Notes: generated by a model not told the origin, from the sequence alone. 64,000 bases of DNA from Phormidium sp. (GCA_051013385.1 CP143273.1:736001-800000), one strand, 5' to 3'. Shown: positions 53,489-63,884, counted from the stretch's first letter. Program-made: numbers and translations.

Positions 53489-55324
53489 ATGAACTGTCAT
53501 TCAGGTGCTACTGCTGTAAAAACCGCTAAAGCAGTAAAAAGAGTTGCGCTGATTGGAATGCCTAACACTGGAAAATCAACTTTGTTTAATCGGTTGACAG
53601 GTGCAACGGCTTTTGTGGGAAATTGGCCTGGAGTGACGGTAGATTTATTACAAGCTCATATCAATATTAATAATGAAACTGTAGAGTTTGTTGATTTACC
53701 AGGAATTTACGACCTTAACGGTTTTTCTGAGGATGAAAAAGTAGTTCAGCACTTTTTAGAGAAGTTTGGCGTTAACTTAATTGTGGTAGTTTTAAATGCT
53801 GCCCAAATTGACAGACAAATTCGCTTAGCTTTGCAAGTTAAAGCTTTAGGTTTGCCAGCAATTATCATCCTCAATATGGCAGATGAAGCTAAACATTACG
53901 GAGTAGAAATCCAAGTTGATGAATTATCGAAACGCTTAGAATTACCCATATTTCTGATGACTGCTAAATATGGCAGAGGATACGAAAGAGCGTATCGAGG
54001 AATTTGCCAACAATTAGCAGAAAGCGTTACTACTAATAAAATCAATAATCTGAATAAGTCCTTAGCGGAACAGATGGATATTTCGGTTGCAGAAATCGAA
54101 AATATTCTCACAGGTGCGGTACAAATGCCTTCGCAGATGGCAGTTAATATTACTCACCAAATCGATCGCTTTTTACTCCACCCAATCTTAGGTTTACCTT
54201 TGTTCTTTGCGGGAATGTTCGCGGTGTTTTGGGTAGTCTGGAATGTGGGATTACCTTCCCAAGACATCATGGATCAATTAACAACTTGGTTACAAAGTAA
54301 TCTGATTGAACCATTAGTTAGTCCCTTACCTAAATTAGCCCAAGACTTTCTGGTTAATGGACTTTGGGGCGGGTTAGCAACTGTGGCTTCTTTTGTGCCA
54401 TTAATTGTCTTGTTTTTCATGATTATGGCAGTTTTAGAAGATAGCGGTTATTTATCTCGTTCTGCCTATTTAATGGATGCTTTCATGGCAAAATTAGGGC
54501 TGGATGGTCGTAGTTTTGTCATGCAAATGATGGGATTTGGCTGCAATGTTCCGGCTTTAATGGGAACAAGAGTCATGCGTTCTAAATCGCTGCGACTATT
54601 AACAATGTTAGTCATTCCCTTTTCGTTATGTGCTGCAAGATTGCAAGTTTTTGTATTTATTATTGCGGCGGTTATTCCTAATGGTAACGGTGCTTTAGTC
54701 TTATTTTCTTTGTATCTCCTCAGTTTTGTAGCTGCCATAGTTACCGCTGCACTTTTCCAAGGCTTATTTAAAAATGAAGAACCTTTTGTATTAGAATTAC
54801 CTCCTTATCGAGTCCCAACTTTAAAGCACGTCTTCTTCAGAGGTTGGGGAGAAGTAAAAGAGTTTTTGACTAGGGCTTCTGGTTTCATTACTTTAGGTTG
54901 TGTCGCCGTTTGGGTAGTAACTAATTTGCCTCCAGGTGCAACAGGATTAAACACAATTGGTGGACAAATTGGGCAATTTTTAAGTCCAATTATGGAACCA
55001 ATTGGCATTAATCCCTATTTAACTTTAGCTTTGTTATTTGGCGTAATTGCTAAAGAAGTTGTGGTAGGTTCTTTGGCGGTAATTTACGCTTTGGGTGAAG
55101 ATGCAGTGACTAGCCAAATTGCCGGATCAGTTACCTTTATTCAAGCCTATAGCTTCTGTATTTTCTGTTTACTTTACACTCCCTGCTTAGTGACAACAGC
55201 GACATTATTTAATGAAGCTAAAACTTGGAAATTCACTGTATTTGCTTTAGCTTATTCCTTGGGTTTCGCTTGGCTTGCTAGCTTCATTTTCTACCAAAGT
55301 GCCTTAGCTTTAGGCTGGAAATAG
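53489..55324 (+). CDS. feoB: Ferrous iron transport protein B
   Basis: G1 GMPNTGKST, NWPGVTVD, DLPG, NMAD; membrane motifs LEDSGY, GFGCNVPA, ELPPY, YTPC. Confidence 0.95.
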   Translation: MNCHSGATAVKTAKAVKRVALIGMPNTGKSTLFNRLTGATAFVGNWPGVTVDLLQAHININNETVEFVDLPGIYDLNGFSEDEKVVQHFLEKFGVNLIVVVLNAAQIDRQIRLALQVKALGLPAIIILNMADEAKHYGVEIQVDELSKRLELPIFLMTAKYGRGYERAYRGICQQLAESVTTNKINNLNKSLAEQMDISVAEIENILTGAVQMPSQMAVNITHQIDRFLLHPILGLPLFFAGMFAVFWVVWNVGLPSQDIMDQLTTWLQSNLIEPLVSPLPKLAQDFLVNGLWGGLATVASFVPLIVLFFMIMAVLEDSGYLSRSAYLMDAFMAKLGLDGRSFVMQMMGFGCNVPALMGTRVMRSKSLRLLTMLVIPFSLCAARLQVFVFIIAAVIPNGNGALVLFSLYLLSFVAAIVTAALFQGLFKNEEPFVLELPPYRVPTLKHVFFRGWGEVKEFLTRASGFITLGCVAVWVVTNLPPGATGLNTIGGQIGQFLSPIMEPIGINPYLTLALLFGVIAKEVVVGSLAVIYALGEDAVTSQIAGSVTFIQAYSFCIFCLLYTPCLVTTATLFNEAKTWKFTVFALAYSLGFAWLASFIFYQSALALGWK

Positions 55325-55361
55325 TCCAATTTTAGATTTTGGATTTTCGATTTTGGATTTT

Positions 55362-55465
55362 ATACCAAATCCGGGTTACTTACTATATATCTTCTCTCTC
55401 TTCTCTCTGCGCCCTCTGCGCCTCTGCGGTTCATTATAAAAGTATAGTTAACCCGGATTTAGTAT
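55362..55465. mobile_element. MITE-like element inserted in heptamer repeats
   Basis: TIR ATACCAAATCCGGGTTA / TAACCCGGATTTAGTAT (17 bp, 1 mismatch); internal CTCTGCGCCCTCTGCGCCTCTGCGGTTC. Confidence 0.65.
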
Positions 55466-55558
55466 TAGATTTTAGATTTTCGATTTTAGAGAGTTGCAAT
55501 TTTAGAATCGAAAATCTAAAATGTTTTGCTGTGAATTTACAGGAAATTTTTAACAGAA

Positions 55559-56524
55559 ATGGCTAAGAAAGAAACAAGTCAAACAAGTAGTATTGAATTA
55601 GTACAAGCGATCGCAGGTTGCATCCAACTAAAAGCCAATGATGCTGCTAGTAACTTATGGTTAAATATGTTAGGACAACAGTTACAACAGCAAAAAGGTG
55701 TTTGTGCTGTACAAACTGACGAAGCAACTGGCAATTTAATTATTATCTTCGATCCGCGAGTTCTCACTTTACCTTCAATGTTGGATATCCTGCAAAAATG
55801 GGGTGTAAGTGGGATAACTCCGCCGCAAATGTCGCCGGAAAAACAAATGGGTAATTTTTTGTATCAACATCCCAATGTAGATGCTTTATTACCAATGATT
55901 GCTGGCATGATTGTAACAGAAGCATTGCGCGTCAACGGTGGTTGGGGAATGTTGGTAAATTTGATGACAGCGAGTTTAACTCGACAAATATTAAATCAAA
56001 TCGAAGCAGCTTCTATCTCTGTATCGCCAATAGAAAATAGTAGTTCAGAAACTATATTAATTCAGTCAGAAACGATCGCAATTCCCCCCCAAGCAACAAC
56101 TTCCGAAAATGACTCAATTGAAATAGTTCATGCAATTCCCGGTAGAATTCGTTTGCGCGTACCAAAGTTAGTCAAAAATGCTGAATATGCGAAACAATTG
56201 CAAGAAGTTCTCAGCACAGATTCGTCTGTAACTAATCTTCGCATTAGCGATCGCGTTGGTTCAGTCGCAATCAGTTATTATACAAATGGGATGCCGGATG
56301 CAGCTGTGCGCGATCGTTTAATCGCTTTAGTAAAATCGACAGATTCCCCCGCAGAAGAACCCGAAAATTCTCCTGCAATATCCGTTCCCAATGTAGAGAG
56401 TAATAACAATTCAACTTCTGCAATTACAGTAACTCAACCATCGCAATTTAATAGTAATTGGCAAGATTTAAAACCAGGAATAGCGTTAGAGTTGCTGAAT
56501 TCATTTTTAACAAAATTTACATAA
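55559..56524 (+). CDS. HMA2-like domain membrane protein (FezC-like)
   Basis: Two ferredoxin-like segments (GVCAVQTDEATGNLIIIFD; VHAIPGRIRLR..GSVAISY) flanking hydrophobic LLPMIAGMIVT..GGWGML. Confidence 0.65.
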   Translation: MAKKETSQTSSIELVQAIAGCIQLKANDAASNLWLNMLGQQLQQQKGVCAVQTDEATGNLIIIFDPRVLTLPSMLDILQKWGVSGITPPQMSPEKQMGNFLYQHPNVDALLPMIAGMIVTEALRVNGGWGMLVNLMTASLTRQILNQIEAASISVSPIENSSSETILIQSETIAIPPQATTSENDSIEIVHAIPGRIRLRVPKLVKNAEYAKQLQEVLSTDSSVTNLRISDRVGSVAISYYTNGMPDAAVRDRLIALVKSTDSPAEEPENSPAISVPNVESNNNSTSAITVTQPSQFNSNWQDLKPGIALELLNSFLTKFT

Positions 56525-56553
56525 ACGACGTAAGTCATAAAGGAAATGTAGAG

Positions 56554-58839
56554 ATGCCAAATTCAGTAATTTTAGACAGGGTGAATTTTAAAATTAACGA
56601 ACTAGAAACTAGCACCATAATTCAGCCTTCTACATCTGTTTGTAGTTTAGTTCATGCAGTTCCAGGTAGAGTCAGGTTTCGCGTACCTAGACTTAGTTGG
56701 GATGCTCAATATGCTAAACGTTTGCAAAAATCAATGGAGTCATTAAAGGGTATAACTCAAGTGCGAGTTAACCCCAATGCGGGTTCAATTGCGATTAATT
56801 ATACAACTAAACAACACTCCGAAATTGAAATGCGATCGCTCTTAGCGAGTCACATTCAAGACATGGATTTACGGGTAACAAACACAGAATTACCCAAACC
56901 CATTAAACCAGAAATTGAGAAATCAGAAACAGAAGAATCCTTTGATTGGTCTGATTTAACTTTACCAGCATTAGCGACTATTTTAGCATTATTAAGAACT
57001 ACTTTTCGCGTTCCGATTCCCCAAATTGTAGTAGCGAGTTCCGTAATAGCCGCAGGATTACCTGTAGCAAAAAGAGCCGGAGAAAGCTTAGTTAAAGAAA
57101 AGAAATTAAACATAGATTGTTTAGATGTAATGGCGTTAGGCGCTTCCTCTTTACAGGGAGATTGGTTAACCCCAGCCTTATTATTATTGTTACATGAAAC
57201 TGGGGATGCAATACGCGATCGCACCGCCCGTTCTTCTGCTTGTGAAACCGCCGATCTTTTGGATAGTTTAAGTCACTTTGCTTGGGTAGAAGAGAATGGC
57301 GAAATTCGCCAAGTCGCCGCCACAGAAGTCAAAGTTGGTGATACCGTCGTCGTTTATCCAGGGGAACAAATTCCGGTTGATGGGAAAGTAATTAAAGGGG
57401 AAGCTGCGATCGATCAACAAAGATTAACTGGCGAATCAATGCCAGTGGTGAGAAGATTAGGAGAAAGCGTTTTTGCTTCTACTTTAGTGCGATCGGGTAA
57501 AATTTATATTGAAACCCAACGAGTCGGAAATCAAACTCGCGCAGGCGCAAGTATCGAATTAGTAAAACAAGCGCCAGTTCACGATACTCGAATGGAAAAT
57601 TATGCCTCAAATGTAGCCGATAAAGCAATTTTACCAGCCTTAGCTTTAGCAGGTGCAACTTGGGCAATTACTCGCGATTCTACTAGAGTTGCTTCCATTT
57701 TAAGCTTAGATTTCGTAACAGGAATTCGCCTCGCAATTCCTACTACATTTTTAGCTGCAATCAACCATGCAGCGAAACACGGAATTTTAATTCGTAGCGG
57801 CAGAACTTTAGAACAATTAGCAAAAGTCGATACAATTGTTTTTGATAAAACAGGAACTTTAACACAAGGAGACTTGCAAATTGTTGAAGTTGATACTGTT
57901 AGCGATCGCGCCACTCCCCAACGACTTTTACAATTAGCAGCATCCGCCGAACAACGCTTAACTCACCCCTTAGCAGAAGCAGTTGTTCACTATGCAGAAT
58001 CGCAAAACGTAGAGATTTTACCAAGGGAAGAATTGCAATTTGATGTAGGTTTAGGAGTCAGTGCAGAAATTGACGGCGAGAAAGTTTTAGTCGGAAGCGA
58101 TCGCTTTTTACGCAAACAAGGAATCAGCATTGATTGTTTCTATGAAAAACATCCTTGTATTTTAGGAAAATGTAACTCTCGCCATGAAGATTGTCCAATT
58201 TCCGCCGATTCTTCCGTAATGTACATCGCCAGCAACGGAGAATTTCAAGGAGTATTAAAATATGCTGATCCTTTGCGAATTGAAACCAAAACCGTGTTAG
58301 AAAAATTACGATCGCGCTATGGTTTAGAAATTCATCTCTTAACAGGTGATAATCAAGCCAGAGCAAATGCAGTAGGGCGAGAATTAGCCATGACAAACGA
58401 ACAAATTCACGCCGAAGCTTTCCCCGAAGTTAAAGCAGAAATTGTTCGTCAATTGCACGAATCAGGTAAAACAGTCGCCTTCGTGGGAGATGGTTTAAAT
58501 GATTCAGTGGCGCTTGCTTATGCAGATGTTTCAATTTCCTTTGCAGGAGGTTCCGAAGTCGCCAGAGAAACCGCCGATGTAGTATTAATGAATAACGAAT
58601 TGTGGAGTTTGCTAGATGCGATCGCGATCGCCAAAGAAACCATGCAAATCACCCACCAAAATATCGGTCTTTCAGTAGTACCAAATCTCGCCGCGATCGG
58701 GATAGCATCAACAATTGGATTAAACCCATTATTAGCCGCAGTCGTGCATAATGGTTCTGCGATCGCCGCCGGAGTCAACGGTTTAAGACCTTTATTAGTT
58801 CACCGTTACACTTCCACTATTAATAATAGCGAACAGTGA
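56554..58839 (+). CDS. Heavy-metal P1B-type ATPase (P1B-6/FezB-like)
   Basis: VHAVPGRVRFR N-domain, TGES, DKTGT, HP, TGD, GDGLND; TM motif LDFVTGIR instead of CPx; VHNGS in last helix. Confidence 0.85.
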   Translation: MPNSVILDRVNFKINELETSTIIQPSTSVCSLVHAVPGRVRFRVPRLSWDAQYAKRLQKSMESLKGITQVRVNPNAGSIAINYTTKQHSEIEMRSLLASHIQDMDLRVTNTELPKPIKPEIEKSETEESFDWSDLTLPALATILALLRTTFRVPIPQIVVASSVIAAGLPVAKRAGESLVKEKKLNIDCLDVMALGASSLQGDWLTPALLLLLHETGDAIRDRTARSSACETADLLDSLSHFAWVEENGEIRQVAATEVKVGDTVVVYPGEQIPVDGKVIKGEAAIDQQRLTGESMPVVRRLGESVFASTLVRSGKIYIETQRVGNQTRAGASIELVKQAPVHDTRMENYASNVADKAILPALALAGATWAITRDSTRVASILSLDFVTGIRLAIPTTFLAAINHAAKHGILIRSGRTLEQLAKVDTIVFDKTGTLTQGDLQIVEVDTVSDRATPQRLLQLAASAEQRLTHPLAEAVVHYAESQNVEILPREELQFDVGLGVSAEIDGEKVLVGSDRFLRKQGISIDCFYEKHPCILGKCNSRHEDCPISADSSVMYIASNGEFQGVLKYADPLRIETKTVLEKLRSRYGLEIHLLTGDNQARANAVGRELAMTNEQIHAEAFPEVKAEIVRQLHESGKTVAFVGDGLNDSVALAYADVSISFAGGSEVARETADVVLMNNELWSLLDAIAIAKETMQITHQNIGLSVVPNLAAIGIASTIGLNPLLAAVVHNGSAIAAGVNGLRPLLVHRYTSTINNSEQ

Positions 58840-58893
58840 GAAATAAAATAGTTTTTAAACCACAGATGAACACAGATGAAAAAGGGGGAAATT

Positions 58894-59175
58894 ATGCCTT
58901 TTGATTGGAGACAATTACAAATTAAAAATCGGGGACAAGCGATCGCGATCGGAATTGGCGTAGTAGCATTAGCACCAATAGTACTTCCCGTAGTTGCTAA
59001 AGCGGGGAAAGCGATCGCCAAAACCACAATTAAAACCAGTTTTGAACTTTACGAAAAAAGCAAAGATACAGCAGCAGAAGCCGTCGAAGTTTGGCAAGAT
59101 TTAGTAGCAGAAGTACAAGCTGAATTAGCCACTGAAAAACAGGTGGATTCTAGCGATCGGACCAACAATTCTTGA
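58894..59175 (+). CDS. Small membrane-associated protein (DUF5132/FezA-like)
   Basis: AIAIGIGVVALAPIVLPVVAKAGKAIAK followed by acidic helix EVWQDLVAEVQAEL. Confidence 0.7.
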   Translation: MPFDWRQLQIKNRGQAIAIGIGVVALAPIVLPVVAKAGKAIAKTTIKTSFELYEKSKDTAAEAVEVWQDLVAEVQAELATEKQVDSSDRTNNS

Positions 59176-59376
59176 ACTATAGATTGAAAGTTAGTTAACT
59201 CAACTATCGCTATTCCTCACTTCTTCTGTTGATATCCAACTTTCCAAAGAGAACTCCCGCACTTGGAGCATTCTTTGAAAATCACTATCAGCTTTGTTAT
59301 TAGGCGAAAAGAAGTAGTTAAATTAGATTTGGTATAAACTATAGCTAGGGCTTGCTGAATAAGTCTGTTGGTGAGG

Positions 59377-59440
59377 GTAGGGACACGGCATAATTAACAT
59401 TTGCAACTTCTACCTTATCTATGGAATGCCGTGTCCCTAC
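59377..59440. repeat. REP-like inverted repeat (copy 2)
   Basis: GTAGGGACACGGCAT...ATGCCGTGTCCCTAC. Confidence 0.8.
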
Positions 59441-59518
59441 AATTTCCCATAGATATTTTGAAGCAATGGCAAGAAAAATATAATATATCTTAGAAAAGCT
59501 ACTCTTCAAGAAATTAAC

Positions 59519-59725
59519 ATGAATAACAAGCAGCCAGATCCAGAAATGATCAAACGCCATGTCGCTAAACTGCGAGAAGTAGTTCGACAGTATGATGCTT
59601 TGAATATATTGCTGGATAAAGCGATCGCACAAGCAGAAGAAGATATTCGTAACAGTCCGCTGACAGCTTATCGCTTAGGAAACGCTAAATCTGTAACAAC
59701 AAAAGAAAATATTTCCGACTCATAG
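59519..59725 (+). CDS. Small hypothetical helical protein
   Basis: 68-aa ATG ORF with plausible composition and an in-frame HIP1 site. Confidence 0.5.
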   Translation: MNNKQPDPEMIKRHVAKLREVVRQYDALNILLDKAIAQAEEDIRNSPLTAYRLGNAKSVTTKENISDS

Positions 59726-59824
59726 TTTACAAGTGCGATCGCTATCAATTTATATCGGCTTTTTACCCTAAAATAAAGTAAAAACATATAGCATAATAGC
59801 TATTGTTCCTTAAGGAATACTGAA

Positions 59825-61054
59825 TTGGTGGTAAAAAAACAGACAAAAAATATATTCTCTGCTGTATCTCTTTTTTCAGGTGCAGGAGGTATGGATATAG
59901 GAGTAATCCAAGCCGGATTTAATATTCTAGCTTCCATAGAAATAGACCCTTATTGTTGTGAAACTTTGCGTGCATCTATCAGTCGAGAACAACGCCAAAC
60001 TCGGATTATTGAAAATGATATTCGCCACATCGATCCGGCAAAATTAATGAGAGATTTAGACATAAAAACGGGTGAACTTGATTTACTTTTTGGTGGGCCA
60101 CCCTGTCAGTCATTTTCTCAAATTGGCAAGCGAAAATGTTTAGAAGACGATCGGGGAATGTTGCTTTTTGAAATCACGCGATTTGCCGATGTATTCCGCC
60201 CGAAAGTAATTTTAATTGAGCAAGTTAAAGGATTGCTAAATGCACCCGATCGCAGTGGCAAAATCGGAGGAGTTTTTGAACTACTATTACAACAGTTGCA
60301 AAATCTTAATTACCTTACTAATTGGAAAATTATTATTGCTGCCGATTATGGCGTACCCCAAATCCGGGAAAGAGTGTTTATTGTTAGCACCTTAAAACCC
60401 AATCAATTTGACTTTCCTCCCCCCACACATTGTCCGGCAACACAATCGCTTCCCCTGTTTCCATTGCCCCCTTACCTAACAGTTGGCGAAGCTATTGAAG
60501 GACTAGGAAAACCAAAATCTAAAACCGCAATTATTTCAGAAAATAGCCATGTAGATGTAACTCCTGATGGAGATAGAAGGCGTATAAATGGCGTACCAGA
60601 AGGCTCTTATTTAGCAAAAGAATTGCATCTTCCCCAGAGTCAGCGCGGCAATCTTGCTAAAAAAGATACCACTAAGTTTCGTCGTTTGTCGCGTGCCGAA
60701 CCTGCCTTAACATTGCGCTGCGGAGAGATATTTTTTCACCCAATAGAAGACCGCTATTTAACACCCCGCGAGTATATGCGACTTCACGGCTACCCCGATG
60801 AATATTTACTTTCAGGGCCAATCAAAAGTCGTTCCGGTAGGGCGAAATATCTCGATCAACACAGACAAATTGCTAACTCTGTACCGCCGCCAGTTGCTCG
60901 TATACTTGCAGAAGCAATTAAGAGGAATTTAGAGTGCCGACAATTCGGCAAATACTTCTCTCAGAATACCAAGTTTTCAGGACATAATTCGTGCGCCTAT
61001 TTGTCCTCCGCTCGATCGCCTTTTGGCAGCACTAGCACGACGCAAACCAACTAA
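59825..61054 (+). CDS. DNA (cytosine-5)-methyltransferase
   Basis: Motifs FSGAGG, GGPPCQSFS, EQV, PQIRERVF, TPREYMRLHGYP, QIANSVPP; exact start uncertain. Confidence 0.92.
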   Translation: MVVKKQTKNIFSAVSLFSGAGGMDIGVIQAGFNILASIEIDPYCCETLRASISREQRQTRIIENDIRHIDPAKLMRDLDIKTGELDLLFGGPPCQSFSQIGKRKCLEDDRGMLLFEITRFADVFRPKVILIEQVKGLLNAPDRSGKIGGVFELLLQQLQNLNYLTNWKIIIAADYGVPQIRERVFIVSTLKPNQFDFPPPTHCPATQSLPLFPLPPYLTVGEAIEGLGKPKSKTAIISENSHVDVTPDGDRRRINGVPEGSYLAKELHLPQSQRGNLAKKDTTKFRRLSRAEPALTLRCGEIFFHPIEDRYLTPREYMRLHGYPDEYLLSGPIKSRSGRAKYLDQHRQIANSVPPPVARILAEAIKRNLECRQFGKYFSQNTKFSGHNSCAYLSSARSPFGSTSTTQTN

Positions 61055-61086
61055 TCAAGTGATTGCACCATAAAACCCTCAAAAAC

Positions 61087-61134
61087 CAAAAAGGTTGATA
61101 ACGAGCATTTCAGCTACCATTATCAACCTTTTTG
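61087..61134. terminator. Bidirectional hairpin terminator between the methyltransferase and dnaK
   Basis: CAAAAAGGTTGATAA ... TTATCAACCTTTTTG. Confidence 0.7.
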
Positions 61135-61198
61135 TTATTAGTTAAGTAATAGATAGTGGTAATTTCCCATTACCAACTACCTACTACCCACTACCACC

Positions 61199-63133
61199 TT
61201 ACTTAGTTTCCGTTTCCGAAAATTCAGCGTCGATTACATCATCGCCACCGCCGGAAGTTCCGGTAGCACCGTCGCCACCAGGCGCAGCACCAGTACCGTC
61301 GCCACCAGGCGCAGCACCACCACCAGCTTGCTGATAGATATTGCTACCGATGCTGTACAGAGTTTGTTGGACTTCTGGCATCAATTTCTTGATTTGTTCG
61401 TCGTCTTCTTTAGCAACTGCATCCTTCAAGTCTTTAATTAAACCTTCCAGTTTAGACTTGTCAGCAGCGGGTACTTTATCGCCCAATTCTGCAAGTTGTT
61501 TTTCGGCTTGGTATGCTAAAGAATCGGCTTGGTTTTTGCGATCGATCTTTTCCCGACGTTCCTTATCAGCAGAAGCATTTTGTTCCGCTTGTTTCACCAT
61601 CTTTTCTACTTCATCTTTCGGCAAAGTAGAAGCGCCAGTGATGCTGATAGATTGAGCTTTACCAGTACCTTTGTCCTTCGCAGTTACGTTCAGGATACCG
61701 TTAGCATCAATGTCGAAAATTACTTCAATTTGAGGAACGCCACGAGGCGCGGGGGGAATACCATCTAAGCGGAAAGTACCCAAACTCTTGTTGTCGTTGG
61801 ACATTTCCCGTTCCCCTTGGAGAACGTGAATTTCTACGTTAGTTTGTCCATCAACCGCAGTCGAGAACACTTCCGATTTCTTGGTCGGAATGGTAGTGTT
61901 GCGAGTGATAATCTTGGTCATTACACCACCAAGAGTTTCCACACCCAGAGACAGCGGAGTTACGTCCAGCAACAAGATACCGGAAGCACCCGCATCGCCA
62001 GTAAGTACACCAGCTTGAATCGCAGCGCCAACTGCTACTACTTCATCCGGGTTAACGCTTTGGTTAGGTTCTTTACCCAACAACCGTCTCACCACTTCTT
62101 GCACAGCGGGGATACGACTAGAACCACCAACTAGCACTACTTCATCGATCGCAGATTTGTCAATTTTAGCGTCGCGGATTGCATTTTCTACTGGAATGCG
62201 GCAGCGATCGATCAAATCAGAGCAAAGTTCCTCAAATTTCGCCCGTGTCAACGTCATTTCTAAGTGTTTCGGGCCATCTTGAGTCGCAGTGATGAAAGGC
62301 AAGTTGATTTCCGCTTGAGTCACGCTGGACAATTCAATTTTCGCCTTTTCTGCTGCTTCGGTTAGACGTTGCAAAGCTTGTTTGTCTTTGCGAAGGTCGA
62401 TACCTTCATCTTTGCGGAAGCTTTCCGCCAAGTAATCAACGATTTTCTTGTCGAAGTCGTCACCACCCAGGTGAGTATCACCAGAAGTCGCCAACACTTC
62501 AAACACACCATCGCCAATTTCGAGGATGGAAACGTCGAAAGTACCACCACCTAAGTCAAATACCAGAATGGTTTCGTTAGCTTTCTTATCCAAACCGTAA
62601 GCCAAAGATGCAGCTGTAGGTTCGTTGATGATCCGCAGAACTTCAATCCCTGCAATCTTACCAGCGTCTTTAGTCGCTTGACGTTGGGAGTCGTTAAAGT
62701 AAGCAGGTACGGTAATTACTGCTTGCGTAACTGTTTCACCCAGGTATTTACTAGCGTCATCTACCAGCTTGCGAAGAACTTGTGCGGAGATTTCTTCGGG
62801 TGCAAATTGTTTGCCTTGTGCCGGACTATCTAATTTAACGTTTGCGTTGCCATCGCGCAGGACTTTATAGGAAACTTCTGTAGCTTCGTGAGTAATTTCT
62901 TCAAATTTACGTCCAATAAAACGCTTCACGGAATAGAACGTATTTTCTGGGTTCATTACCGCTTGGCGCTTGGCGATTTGTCCGACTAAGCGATCGCCAT
63001 TTTTAGCATAAGCTACTACCGAAGGAGTAGTCCGAAAACCCTCTGCGTTGGCAATGACTGTGGGTTTACCACCTTCCATTACAGCCACACAGGAGTTAGT
63101 CGTACCTAAGTCAATTCCAACAACTTTTGCCAT
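61199..63133 (-). CDS. dnaK: Chaperone DnaK (DnaK2-type)
   Basis: [20 protein letters not shown]-terminal [10 protein letters not shown]. Confidence 0.98.
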   Translation of the reverse strand: MAKVVGIDLGTTNSCVAVMEGGKPTVIANAEGFRTTPSVVAYAKNGDRLVGQIAKRQAVMNPENTFYSVKRFIGRKFEEITHEATEVSYKVLRDGNANVKLDSPAQGKQFAPEEISAQVLRKLVDDASKYLGETVTQAVITVPAYFNDSQRQATKDAGKIAGIEVLRIINEPTAASLAYGLDKKANETILVFDLGGGTFDVSILEIGDGVFEVLATSGDTHLGGDDFDKKIVDYLAESFRKDEGIDLRKDKQALQRLTEAAEKAKIELSSVTQAEINLPFITATQDGPKHLEMTLTRAKFEELCSDLIDRCRIPVENAIRDAKIDKSAIDEVVLVGGSSRIPAVQEVVRRLLGKEPNQSVNPDEVVAVGAAIQAGVLTGDAGASGILLLDVTPLSLGVETLGGVMTKIITRNTTIPTKKSEVFSTAVDGQTNVEIHVLQGEREMSNDNKSLGTFRLDGIPPAPRGVPQIEVIFDIDANGILNVTAKDKGTGKAQSISITGASTLPKDEVEKMVKQAEQNASADKERREKIDRKNQADSLAYQAEKQLAELGDKVPAADKSKLEGLIKDLKDAVAKEDDEQIKKLMPEVQQTLYSIGSNIYQQAGGGAAPGGDGTGAAPGGDGATGTSGGGDDVIDAEFSETETK

Positions 63134-63319
63134 AAGAGTGTTCGGTTTCCCATCTAACTACAAAATTTACAGGCTCGATTGATCTAGTTAAATCGAGAGC
63201 AAGACAGCACTGCTAACTGCACCAACCGAGCCCTTTCACCAACTTTGTTCAACTTGTATATTGTTCTGCACAATACAGAACTCTTATCTATACTCAGCGG
63301 CGATCGGGGTGATCATGAA

Positions 63320-63335
63320 GGCGAGGTTTCCGAAC
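63320..63335 (-). promoter_or_regulatory. Possible K-box upstream of dnaK
   Basis: GTTCGGAAACCTCGCC versus GTTCGGNNANCCNNAC (2 mismatches). Confidence 0.35.
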
Positions 63336-63543
63336 CTTAGAAGGACGGTTGTCTTTCGGGAGGTTCTTTCGTAGCTGCTTGGTGCTGCCACTAATCAATA
63401 CTTTAAGCAATTCCACCCATTTCGGGATGGGTGTGAACCGTAATTAAATAGTTGTATTTGCCGTCTTTTTGCAGAAAGGCTCCAAGGCAGAGGGCAGAAG
63501 GCAGAAGGTTTTTTGAAGGTTGAAGGAAAGGAAGGTAGAAGTT

Positions 63544-63676
63544 TCATTTTAATTTTTCATCAAGGTTAGTTCTATGTTTTACCCAGTCTGTCATATCAAC
63601 TAATTCCTCATCTTCATAGTCTGATAGTGAACCAAAAATTTCATTCAGTTCTTCTTGTTCTGCATCGACAAATATG
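63544..63676 (-). pseudogene. 3' remnant of a small acidic (antitoxin-like) gene
   Basis: Startless frame VDAEQEELNEIFGSLSDYEDEELVDMTDWVKHRTNLDEKLK*, cut off by a REP at 63677. Confidence 0.4.
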
Positions 63677-63739
63677 TAGGGACACGGCATCCTAAATATT
63701 CTGCACTAGAGAATAAGGTTAATTATGCCGTGTCCCTAC
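63677..63739. repeat. REP-like inverted repeat (copy 3)
   Basis: GTAGGGACACGGCAT...ATGCCGTGTCCCTAC. Confidence 0.8.
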
Positions 63740-63826
63740 ACAACCTTATGCCTGCGTACTAACGGGTATTCCCGCCCGTGAACCGCTCTAAAGAGGACTA
63801 AAATATTGCTAATCAAAATCAACGAT

Positions 63827-63884
63827 TTCAGTCCATTTTAATGGACTTCAGCTATTAGCCTGCGAATCAATTCGCAGGCGGGCT
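63827..63884. repeat. Double-hairpin repeat element
   Basis: AGTCCATTTTAATGGACT followed by GCCTGCGAATCAATTCGCAGGC. Confidence 0.6.

Noticed and set aside
55339..55566. 75-aa ORF between feoB and the HMA2 gene
   Set aside because: Made up of heptamer repeats and a MITE
59200..59340. Short startless minus-strand frames after the small membrane protein gene
   Set aside because: Two frames are equally plausible and neither matches a family I recognise
61268..61319. 27-bp duplication in the dnaK tail (GAAPGGDG x2)
   Set aside because: Ordinary variation in the disordered Gly-rich C-terminus
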